A stretch of 64,000 nt of DNA from Marsupella aquatica (taxonomy: Eukaryota; Plantae; Marchantiophyta). The stretch covers positions 26,836,240 through 26,900,239 of the forward strand of contig OZ316894.1 in assembly GCA_973895155.1 (NCBI GenBank), in the 5' to 3' direction. Of this stretch, positions 1 through 10,471 are shown piece by piece. The first letter of the stretch is position 1. Every line of letters begins with the position of its first letter. The notes beneath the pieces were generated by a model. It was not told the origin of the DNA and did no database searches. It saw only the letters and a list, made by a program, of their open reading frames with translations. Position numbers and translations under genes: made by a program.

Positions 1-636
1 GTTTCGACGTCGCTTCACCCTACTCCCACTTGGTTGAGAGTCTGTCAACTCTGCATCAACTACAATTCAGTGTCATGTCCAACATAAGTCAATCACTCAT
101 CACATGTGCTAAATGTACATGTCACCAACCACAAAGTTGTCACTATCTCCTTACCATTATGAACAACCTTCTTCCCCTTCTTTGCCATTGCCATATGCTC
201 CATGTCTGCTTCTGTTGATCAATAAACACACCACAATATTCAGGTTGAATCTATTAACCACTGAATTGTTGCTCAACATTCATATAGAGGAATTTAAAGC
301 ATCAGCTTACCTGATACCTCCTTGGCTATGGTCACTGAGGCACTGGGCACATCTTTTTCATTATTGCTCTTTGAATCACCTGATACATCAATCATGATGT
401 CACTTCAGATCCCCGTTGATCCAACCAGTTCCGAGACCAGTTCTTACATAAAAGATTACCTCCAACTTGCTTAAGCTTCACAAACTCCATGCACTTTTCA
501 AATGATTCATACTGGATTATAGCAGGTTACCTGTCTCATCAACCTTCTTGCCCTTCTGCTTACTGATTACAGGGTCCTTCTCTACCTCCACTCTTCCTGC
601 ATTCAAACCATTCACTCAATTCATGAAAACTTACTT

Positions 637-2601
637 CTAACATTTGAACATAGGACACAATGAACAATGGGCCGGTGTCATTTCCATACCTGTGTCAGAT
701 TTGCCAATTCCCTTTTTTGTTAACAAGGGCACACTTTGTACAATGTTGCCCTCATTGTTTGGTTGGGAACCACCCAATTTTTCAATCACAAGCTTGAAAT
801 TAGATTCCACTGATGCAAGAAGGTTCGCTACAGATGCCTCCACAATATCCAAACGATCAGCCAATTTACTTTCCACTCGAGGGAGTCCACACTCTAATGA
901 CTTCAACCGTTCACACATCTCTGTGAGAGTTGTAATAGTTCCCTGTCATAACACAGCTTACATATCTCAGATAACTGTCCCCAAGAACTGGTTGCTTACT
1001 TCCTACTACATTTCTTTCTGATGCTCAAGGCCAAATAGTCACAGAACATACAGAATTACAACATAATCACCTGTTTGGAAGTTACACTTGTCACCTCACT
1101 CCTTTGTTTCATGAACTCCTCTCTCACTTCTTGTGCTGATGGTTCTTCACCTGTCAATTTCTTCTGCAGTCCACATCAACATACATATGAATGAAACCAA
1201 GTGTTGATTGTCAATGAAAATGTAATAATGGTAGCAAGATGATAAGTTTGAGGCTTACTATCAGGCATGTCACTGCCTTACCAATTGTTCTTTCACTGGA
1301 GCATAACTTCCTCTCCCAGCCTGTGAAAGGTGTTTCACTTTGCCTCGAGCATTTGACATCAGTTCACTCTTGCTCTCTCCAGCCTCCGACATGAACCTTT
1401 TGATTAACCGTGTCCATTGATCCAGTTCCAATGATGGGGGTGGTGGCATTCTCCTGTTAGAACCATTGTCTATCCACATCCTTTTCAACCTATGCCTCTC
1501 TTGTTTCAAAATCCTCATTGCATAATCTGATATGCAATCTTCAACTGGGCCCTTACCATCATTACCAACATACTCCCACCGTTCAAGAATGTCCTTGCAG
1601 ATAGCAGCCCAATCAGCTTTGTTCTGACTCCTAAACTCTGTAATGCTCAAATCTAACCAACGCAATACTTCTCCTCTTAGGTCAGAATGCCAACGGTTCT
1701 TACCATCACATGTGGGAGTTATCCAACCTTCGGAATTCACTTCTACTTTACCAAATTTGTTACTGTCTCCTGCCTTGGTACTCCCTGAAGCGCTACTAGG
1801 TGTCCCTCCACGGCCTGATCTCCCCCCACGGCCTGGATTGCATTGTCCAAACCTCCCTGGAGTCCCTGCACATTTACAGGATCCATTTATAGTCACGTAC
1901 ATTAGGTAAGTATGAATCATAAATCCCGCTGCCAAATATACAGTGGACTTCAGAGCAATTCTGCAATGACCAAGTTACCTCTCCCTTGGCGCATAGATGG
2001 TTCTGGACCACCTGTCCTATTGCTTTGTCTTGATGAATTAGGGGCGTTTCTCCCGCCTGTGAATGATTGCCTCCTATCTGAACGTGGATGGCCTTTGTTG
2101 TTTTCGTGATTGTCCCAATCAGAGTCTGCATACCAACAGGTACATGCCACACTCATGGACCTGTAAGATAAACTCTTTGCCCTAGCTACACATCAGATAA
2201 GTGCATATTGAGCTAAATCTCTACTACCATCACAAAATCACTAGCACAAGGCACTTACTTGTCCAATCATCCTCCTCACCTTTCCATTGCCCTCTGTACC
2301 CGTCTCTACCACGCTCTGGGTGTTCATATTCATCCCATCCATCTTCTGCTCCATCATAGTCATCATCATAATCATCAGGCGTCCCTTGCCAATAACTCTG
2401 GCTCCTTCTAGGGTATGGATTATGTGATTTCTCTCTAGCTGCCCACCTACCTGGGACTTGATGAGGGCCCTGTGCATCTTGCACAGGTGCATTTTTCTGT
2501 GAGCCCCCTGCATCTGGGTCTCCATCCATATCCAATCTTTCCTCTTCACCCCACTCTCCAAGCCCCATGTCTGTCTCCATGTCATCACCCTCTTCCCCCA
2601 T
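637..2601 (-). CDS. CACTA TnpA-like second gene, multi-exon, probably continues beyond the left edge
   Basis: ORF pieces 2230-2601, 1950-2156, 1270-1935 and 637-918 lie directly downstream of TnpD. An acidic/RG-rich N-terminus is followed by 'ILKQERHRLKRMW...PPPPSLELDQWTRLIKRF...KSELMSNARGKV', the pattern of TnpA/Ptta proteins. Exon boundaries are approximate. Confidence 0.6.
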
Positions 2602-2778
2602 AGCTTCTGCACAGCACCCACAACCAAACAGGGAGAATCAGCACACTAAATTCAAAGTATCAATCAATTTCATGCATATCCAACTATCCTAAACATCATT
2701 CCAGGCAGCAATTCCCGTTATGTGACTCTGTGCAGGTAGTCATCCTCAACCTCATACTTGCCAATCGCCAGCTGTTGC

Positions 2779-5700
2779 CTATTGCAAATCATCAACCTCA
2801 TCATATTCCATTTGCCCAGGTTCATCATATGTCTCTCTCAATGTTAAGGGGATGTAGTCAGTCCCTGCCCGAGTTGGAAGTACAGTCTCATGACTAGGAT
2901 GCTCGAATGCAGCATGGTCATCCAAACTGAACTCTACTTTACTTCCATCCATCCGCCTGTTCCGTGCTTGGCTATGGCATACCACCCTCCAGCCATGTGA
3001 CTCCTCCACATCTGCAAAGAAAGCCTGTTCAACTTGGCTAGGGAAAACAAAAGGCTCAGACCATTCTGGTACTCTGGACCTAAAATTGGCCAACAAGAAC
3101 CCATCATGATCACGCTTCATGGTGGCCCTTGGTCTCTGCCACTCTGATTTCACCCATGATCCCTTCATCAATATCACTGGGACACTTGTGTTACCATAAT
3201 TCAACACCCAAATGTCGGTCAACTCCCCCACGTAACCCATCTTCATCCACCCCCTCTGTTCTTAAGAGGTTCTCTGCTCAAACACAGAAATCAAACCACA
3301 ATCATATGATACACAATGGTCACCCTGCTCATCCCTCACTCGATAATGATTTCCATAAGCTCTCATCCGTTTGTAGGTCAGAATAGACAATCGTGGTGGC
3401 ACAGATAGAAGATACAAATCCTTCTCCATATCTGGGTGATGTCTACTATGCTCTCGAATTGTCACCCGAATCCACTGCTCGAACTGTGGGAAGGGATCCT
3501 GCTGCCCAGAGTGTGCAGCTTTTTGCATATCATATTCCCTGCATTATGAGGTACAGGCATAGTTAGGTCTAAACAACACATGACAACCTAAGATCACCCT
3601 TGGAACAGACAAGAAGCATCACAACAAAGGCAAGTCAATTCAATCACTCACCTCCACCATGGTTGCATAGGCTCTGTGTTTGCCAGCACATATGAATGAG
3701 CCTTGTCTCGAATCGCAACAGGCAGCTGAACAGCACGTCCCACACCTTCAACAACCTCGCCACTCACTCCATCATCTTCACCAGATTTCCAAACTCTTGT
3801 CATAGCTTCACCAGACCCAGCCATGTACTCTGTTAGGAATCCCAACGTCTCATCCTTAATGTACCCCAATGCCATGGAAGCCTCTGGCCTGTAGTATGTT
3901 CTCACATGACCTTTCAACAACTTCATGTATCGCTCCATAGGGTACATCCATCTGGTACTGACTGGCCCATACTGCCCTAGCTCTTCTACCACATGGATTA
4001 GGAGATGAGTCATAACATCAAAGAAAGCAGGGGGGAAGTATATCTCCAAGTCACAGAGGACATAAGCAGCATCCTGCTTCAACTGCTCCAATCCTTGGGG
4101 ATCCCACACTTTCACACATATACGGCGAAATACATTGCACAGTCGAAGAATGACATTACGGACTGGTTTCTGCATGAGACCTCTGAGGCATAGGGGCAGA
4201 ATGTGCTGCATCAACACATGGTAGTCATGTGTTTTCATACTGCCAAGTTTATTCTTTGTAATATGCTTCTTGAAGGCACCAGCATAGCCAGAGGGCACTT
4301 TCAGACAGCTCAATCTATACAAGAATGTCTTCCATTCATCCTGTGTGCACACATAGGGAGCTTGGAACTTGAGAAGTACATTGGGATTGCTTGCATGGGG
4401 CTTCAACCAAAGGTGAGGGCGAATCCCCTTCTGTTGCATATCAGCTCGAACTGCTCCTGTATCTTTCTCACCCGACAAGAACTTCAGCAAGCTCTCACAA
4501 ATATTTTTCTCAATGTGCATGACGTCCACATTGTGTTTGCTGGGCTCGAATTCCTGCACTCCACAAAGCAAAGAATTCAACAACAGAAACACTAATTAAC
4601 CACATAGGAGGATTGTAACCAACATCAATCCACCATTGCTCCAATCTAAAATTGCAATCATACAGGGGCTGGAGGCTAAGTACATTACCCTCCAGTACTC
4701 CAACTCCAAGTCCATCAAGGTCTGTCTTTTCACACTGTGTTTCACCACTGGATCCTCAGGTTCTCGATCAGTGGCACTTCTCTTGTCCCAATCAGCCTTC
4801 CTGGCTGCCCACCTCAGGACTTGCTCTCTGGTGACCCTCTGTGGTGGGCCACGAAGCTCTGTTTTGTTGTTGAAGTGTGCAATTTGAGACCGTGTGTGCC
4901 TGTAAGGATGATCAACAGGCAGATACCTTCTATGCCCCTGAAATTTCATACTGTGCAGGGCATGCGACCACTCACTTGTCACATTTTTCCCACATGGTGT
5001 GCACCCCACATAGCCCTTTGTCACTCGTCCAGATATGATGCCATGGCCTGGGTAATCTGCTATATCCAGCAAACAAATTGCATGCAGTCTAAAGGGGCTG
5101 GGTCGAAGAAGCCCCTTCAGAACATCATGGGTTAACACCCCTTCTATCCACAAAGTCTTCCACTCTTCCACTGCTGGAGCCAACATGATATCTATGAATT
5201 GCTCGGTCACAGAAGTTGGTCCAGGGATTAACAGCACCATCATGACAAAAAACCTCTTTGTAGTCATCCATGGGGGAAGGTTGTAATTTAGCAGCGTAAC
5301 CGGCCAACATGAATAACGGTTGTTTTTGTCTCCAAATGGGTTTACTCCATCCAGTGATAGACCAAATCGAAAGTTCCGCTTCTCTGCAGCAAACTGTGGC
5401 CACCTCTCATCAACAAATTTCCAATGGTTGGAATCTCCAATGTGACGCTGCAGGCCATCACTGCTCTTGTTATCAGGAGTCCATGTCATCAGCTTGGAAA
5501 TGGCAGGGCATCTAAACAGACGTTGTAGTCTAGGAATGAGAGGAAAATGACGAAGAACCTTGGCAGGGTGTGTACATTTCCCTACATTCTTGTACCTGTG
5601 CTTACCACAATGAGGGCATGTCAATTTATCTGCATGCTCTTTGCGAAAGAGAACACACCCATCAGGGCATGCGTCAATAGACACATAGTTCAGCCCAAGG

Positions 5701-6479
5701 TTAGACATCAATTTCCTAGCCTCGTACATATTTTTTGGAATTGAATTACCATCTGGTAACACATTTCGGCGCAGGAAGGTCAACAACTCTGTCACAAATA
5801 TATTGGGAACATTGTGATTGCCACAGATGTTCAACAACAACACGACAAAACCCAGCTTGGAGCAGTTTGACCCCTCGTAGATAGGAATGCAAGCTTCTTT
5901 GATGTGTTTTGGGCCCCCAAACACCCACTCCCTCTCTGCTGCACCTTCCCCAATGTCAAAGTCAGGTTGAGCTTGGCCGTCGCCAATGTGTGGCTGCGGT
6001 TCATTGTCCTCTTCTGATTCCACTGTGTCATAAAAAGCATCAAGGTCTTCAAAAATCTCTTGAACCATTCTTGGGACATCCATGCCACCGTCCTCAGTGA
6101 CTGCCTCTGCATCTCCATCTTGGTCATCCACGTTCTCATGTTGGACCCCAGGACCATCCTCTGCACAGTCTATGTCCTGCTCTACGTAGTCTCTACGCCT
6201 AGCTGTATTAGAATCCACAAAGTCAGCTCTCCACTCTTCATCAGAGGAGTCTTCTTCTGCTGGTACATTCCAAACCCTCCACCGAGGGTGCCTTTCATGC
6301 CGCAGCAGGTGAAGGTGCACAGTGTTCAAACTCAACGACTTGAATCCTTGGCACTGTGTGCATGGGCATCTCATCCTCCTACTCCTACCTTGGGCGGCCC
6401 GGGCTTGTTCACGCATCCACAATTTAGAATCATGATGCCTAATCCTAAATGGGTTGTGAAGAGGCAACCTTGGAGCCAT
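2779..6479 (-). CDS. CACTA TnpD transposase (Tnp-associated Zn motif, Transposase_21, DUF4218, DUF4216-like); one in-frame stop
   Basis: Motifs CPCTQC, IDACPDGCVLF, LSLDGVNPF, YNLPPW, DVMHIEKN, KTHDYHVLMQ, WMYPMERYM, EPFVFPSQVEQAFF. Predicted GT-AG introns at 4554-4688 and 3539-3651. In-frame TAA at 3262-3264 between ORFs 3262-3528 and 2779-3246. Confidence 0.92.
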
Positions 6480-6805
6480 CACTATACACACGCACTCAGC
6501 ACCCTGTCATTTTATTATGCAAGTGAAAAATACACTTCCTGTTAAGGATTTCACCCCCGACTGTACTTGCCAAAATACGTAACGTTCCAAAAAATCAAAA
6601 AAACAAAAAATATAGGTGCCTGAGTCATGTACCTATTCTCAAGTGAATGAGACAAAATTCCTAAATGTTTGAGGGTGTCAACTCCTCCGCTGTCCTCACA
6701 TGTACTGCCTCTGCACGTACATCCATGACCATATCAGAGTCCAATCATGTATAGTCATAGACACAGGTGCCAGGTGCGAGACCGGTGTGAGATGTCCTCA
6801 TCTTA

Positions 6806-7339
6806 CTACCACATCAAATACGGATACCAATCCTGTTGTCGATGCCACTCAGCCCTGAGGTACTCAGGCATGTACATTAAGTCATCAAGGTCTAAACCCT
6901 GCTCATGCCATGGTGGTCTTCGATCCGTGCCTACAAGCAGTGGCAGCAGTGCCCTCCATGGTGCACATGTTGCTACCAAGTCCCTCCACTGGGTACTAAT
7001 TAGTCTATATTTGCAGATATCTTGTGCGCCAGACACCACAAGAACCCTCGGCCAGACATGTGTAAGAACTATATCATCTGCCAAATCAGGCAACAAGGAA
7101 CCACCTACAGCATCGTGCTTGTCTAACTCATCTGCTGAAAAGTAAATGTCCTCTTCCGACTGTGCATCCTCATTCACCACAGCATTCACAACACATCCAA
7201 GGTCTGCAGGCATTATCTCGGATGGAGCTACACTCTGTCTGGTTACCAATCCACACAAGTAAGCCCAAGCAGTAGCCATGCACGATGCAACCCGTAGGAG
7301 GACCCTACATAGGGCCTGACGGTCTGGAAGAGGCAGCAT
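6806..7339 (-). CDS. CACTA accessory protein: hydrophobic helix + acidic FFAT-like motif + F-box-like domain
   Basis: F-box pattern SLLPDLADDIVLTHVWPRV...YRLISTQWRDLV. Clear homologue at 22878-23402 in the same position relative to TnpD. The ATG at 7339 aligns with the homologue's start. Confidence 0.75.
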   Translation of the reverse strand: MLPLPDRQALCRVLLRVASCMATAWAYLCGLVTRQSVAPSEIMPADLGCVVNAVVNEDAQSEEDIYFSADELDKHDAVGGSLLPDLADDIVLTHVWPRVLVVSGAQDICKYRLISTQWRDLVATCAPWRALLPLLVGTDRRPPWHEQGLDLDDLMYMPEYLRAEWHRQQDWYPYLMW

Positions 7340-7515
7340 ACCCACCAAAGTCTTCAGCCAAACAGAGCCCAGCAAGTAGATTCACAGTCACACCCCACGC
7401 AGCAGGAAACAACAATCACTTCAACTGCGACCAACCATGACAAGATGAGTTAGTTCAAGGATCACATTTATTACAAAATTGTGTTTTATACAAAAATATG
7501 AGGGACTCCTACTCC

Positions 7516-8364
7516 TCACTCTCTCCCACCTTTGCTAAGCATACATCTCCGCTGAATCTTGGAGGGCCAGGCCTCAAAAATATCAAAGTCCCAAGCATTC
7601 TGTCGCTTCCCTCTAGCTGCTGATTCCAGAAGCCAATCAGGGGAAAGCACCCAAAGATTGTTGTTCATGACAAAATCACGCACTGTTGTCTTAAAGAATT
7701 TTCTGCATATTTTCATGTATGACAGACCTACAACATGAGTGGAGGTTTCTGTTAGACTCTCCTCCACTGTCCCACCTAGCTCAACAACTATAGACTTGTA
7801 CAGTCTGCACTTAGTCTCCCCAATTCCTTCTTCTGCAAATACCACACTGAACCCCTTCATAATGGTATTTCTCTCCTTGCCATGCTCATTCAATATAGCA
7901 TCTGCACGCATAGGATGGTGTCCTATGTTGACAACAGGTCCATATTGGACAGAAGCAAAGTTGGGTTTCTCTGCCGCTGCTTCATAGGCTTCCTTTTCAG
8001 CCAAAGCCTCTGTAGTGGCCTCCTCACTCTCCCACAACTCATATTGCTCAGTACTCTGTACACACCTATGTTTAACAGAATCGGTCAGCCAAGAGACTTC
8101 AACTACTTTTAGACCTTGGTTGGTAATGGCAGAATCAATGAAGGACCATGACCACTTGTTCATCACATCCAGCCATGTCCCCGCAACAACATGTGTAGTC
8201 TGTGGAGTGATGTCCTTGACTTCAGTCCCATGGAACTCTGAGAATCGTTTTTGTACGATTGGCCAACTCACTTGGGTGAACCCATAGTGGCCAAGAATCA
8301 AAATGGCTTTGATTCCAGCCAACAGAGGCGGGTGGTCAACCTTTGTACGTTTCCTAGAGGCCAT
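7516..8364 (-). CDS. Tandem BRCT-domain protein carried by CACTA A
   Basis: Two BRCT-like repeats: 'TTHVVAG...VVEVSWLTDSVK' and 'ELGGTV...STHVVG...VLSPDWLLES'. Basic NLS-like N-terminus SRKRTK. First ATG at 8364; the ORF track starts at an upstream GTG. Confidence 0.8.
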   Translation of the reverse strand: MASRKRTKVDHPPLLAGIKAILILGHYGFTQVSWPIVQKRFSEFHGTEVKDITPQTTHVVAGTWLDVMNKWSWSFIDSAITNQGLKVVEVSWLTDSVKHRCVQSTEQYELWESEEATTEALAEKEAYEAAAEKPNFASVQYGPVVNIGHHPMRADAILNEHGKERNTIMKGFSVVFAEEGIGETKCRLYKSIVVELGGTVEESLTETSTHVVGLSYMKICRKFFKTTVRDFVMNNNLWVLSPDWLLESAARGKRQNAWDFDIFEAWPSKIQRRCMLSKGGRE

Positions 8365-8962
8365 GTACACACGGGCCACCTAATCACTGCAGACCGGAAG
8401 ATAATGCGTTCACCTGATAATCGGAGGGCCCTTAAAATGCTGCGTTTATAACTTGGTCCAGTCCAGTCGTCTGGTGAGTCTCTGCTCCGATTCCAAACGG
8501 GAGAAATATTGGGACAAACGTACTAGACACCTGCAAGCATGCACCTCATAGTTTGAATATGTGCCTTCACAATATTGAAGGTGACAAGTGCAATTGTTTT
8601 GTGATGCCACATACAGATGTTGTAAATGGGCAGACATTCAATGAGAATACAAAATGTTGGTACACTTTAAGGGAATTCTCGCAAATTAAATAGCCTTGTA
8701 ACTTATATGCTCATAATGAGAAGTCCTGATTTAATTTAAGCAGTGTCATGTAAGTCGTGATCAAAATGATTGCAGAGTTAAAAAAGTTCCTAGAAGGCTT
8801 AAGGGCAGTTTTTGAAGGCATGTACCCAGGAACAAGTAATGAACTTAGGGTACTTGTTGCCTAAGCATCCTCTCCTACAGAGGTCCTTCTTCTCAAAATT
8901 GGAATGTCTGCAATCTCCAAGGTATCCACATCAGGTGCACTATGCATGTATATTATTCAGGT

Positions 8963-9643
8963 TCAAAGCCAAGAAATGTGATCTCTCATGGGAGTGTGCA
9001 AAGTAGGATCTATGGCATGGCGATGACAATAGAAGATCCATCGATCAACACCATGTGTAGAGTGATCATAGATGTGTCTGTCACAAGCATAGCCTTCTGC
9101 TTGACGCTCCTTCAAACAATGAAAGTGCCACATGGTGGGACACCTAACACAGTGGACTATGTCCACCCAGAAATCTTCATCGTGCTGACCACATGCCTTG
9201 CACTTATGAAGTGGGCAAGCTGTGGCAAGATCGGGCAAACATGAAAAACAAAAGAACCTCACACAATATCTGTCAGGGCATTTCCTAACAAGTGGTGGAG
9301 CATCAACAGAGCCCTCATAAGACCCCAACTTCCCACACTGTGCACACTTAGCCTGCTTCTCCAAACAATCAGTGCACATCCAGCCTCTCTGGTGTGCTGA
9401 CGGGAGGCCCACCCCTGGACAGTTGTTTTCTGCAGCAAGGTCAGACTCCGGGTTGAGGTGGAAATGCCTCATGCAAGGGCCCTCACATATGGCTAAGCCA
9501 CCACCATCGTCACAAATGGCACAACAATGAGCTGCCTTCTGGAAAATCTGACTTGCGGAGAAGTTACTACCATCTGGCCCAACTACACCTGTGTTGCTCA
9601 CCTCTGTCCCCCGCTTCTTGGCTCGGATTTTAGGGCGTGCCAT
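8963..9643 (-). CDS. EDM2/NSD-type multi-PHD finger protein with H3-tail-like N-terminus (CACTA A)
   Basis: CAICDDGGGLAICEGPCMRHFH...CPLHKC...CVRCPTMWHFHCL...IFYCHRHAIDPTLHTPMRDH follows the PHD region of plant EDM2 as I recall it. N-terminus MARPKIRAKK. Confidence 0.85.
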   Translation of the reverse strand: MARPKIRAKKRGTEVSNTGVVGPDGSNFSASQIFQKAAHCCAICDDGGGLAICEGPCMRHFHLNPESDLAAENNCPGVGLPSAHQRGWMCTDCLEKQAKCAQCGKLGSYEGSVDAPPLVRKCPDRYCVRFFCFSCLPDLATACPLHKCKACGQHDEDFWVDIVHCVRCPTMWHFHCLKERQAEGYACDRHIYDHSTHGVDRWIFYCHRHAIDPTLHTPMRDHISWL

Positions 9644-10471
9644 GCCTACGCATGAGACAGATAGTACAATTTAGCAGAGTGCACGGACAATACAATTTAG
9701 TGCAGTGTACAAAAAGTACAGTGTAGCATATAGACTAGAGTGGCAATTGCTACTGCAATGAAATGTTCACACACATGTGCAGAGTAGACATACTTTTTGG
9801 TTTGTTGAGCCCACACTAAAAACTGATCCCCTCGTACAATAGCTCCACCTACACCTCAATTTTGTGGCTATGATTCACCAAAGGAGATCTGCAACAAGAT
9901 TTAATGCATTTGAATCATATATAACAGTCGTGACATGTAAAACAGGCATTTTTTGAACAGGATTGGTATCAAGCACTGTGATCAGGGTTGTAATTTATAC
10001 ATCCTAAATAGGCTATGATAGTGAATGAGACAAATAAGTTAGGCAGAAATCACTTTTTCCAGGTTATCACATGGCCCATTAATTCCAGTCTTTGAAAGGA
10101 GACTTTTAAGTGAGCTTGCTAGCCTCTTAAATTAGGATATTGTACTTAGTGCAGCCATAATAGGATAAGTTATGTACTGTTGACCCTAAACCCTGGACCC
10201 AAAATTGGTCATAATTCAAAATCTTAAGTAAATATCCTCTCTGTTCAAGTCAAAGTGTTAAGTTATAGGTCAATGGTCTCTGGTTTGTGCATGCGGTGTG
10301 ACAAGTGGTCCTCTAGAGCGTGTGATCCAAACATGTGTAGACACCAAAGTGACCGGTGGTGGGGTCTGGGAGGGCAGGACAAGTGACATCGCCAGGCACA
10401 CTGCAGGATGGCGAGTGGTTCCAGATGATACATTGTGCTCTGTGAAAAAACCGACATCCAAGAGAACGGTC

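Noticed and set aside
3262-3264. TAA in TnpD as programmed read-through or an editing site
   Set aside because: A simple nonsense mutation, probably CAA>TAA, is sufficient. PPR editing acts on organellar RNA.
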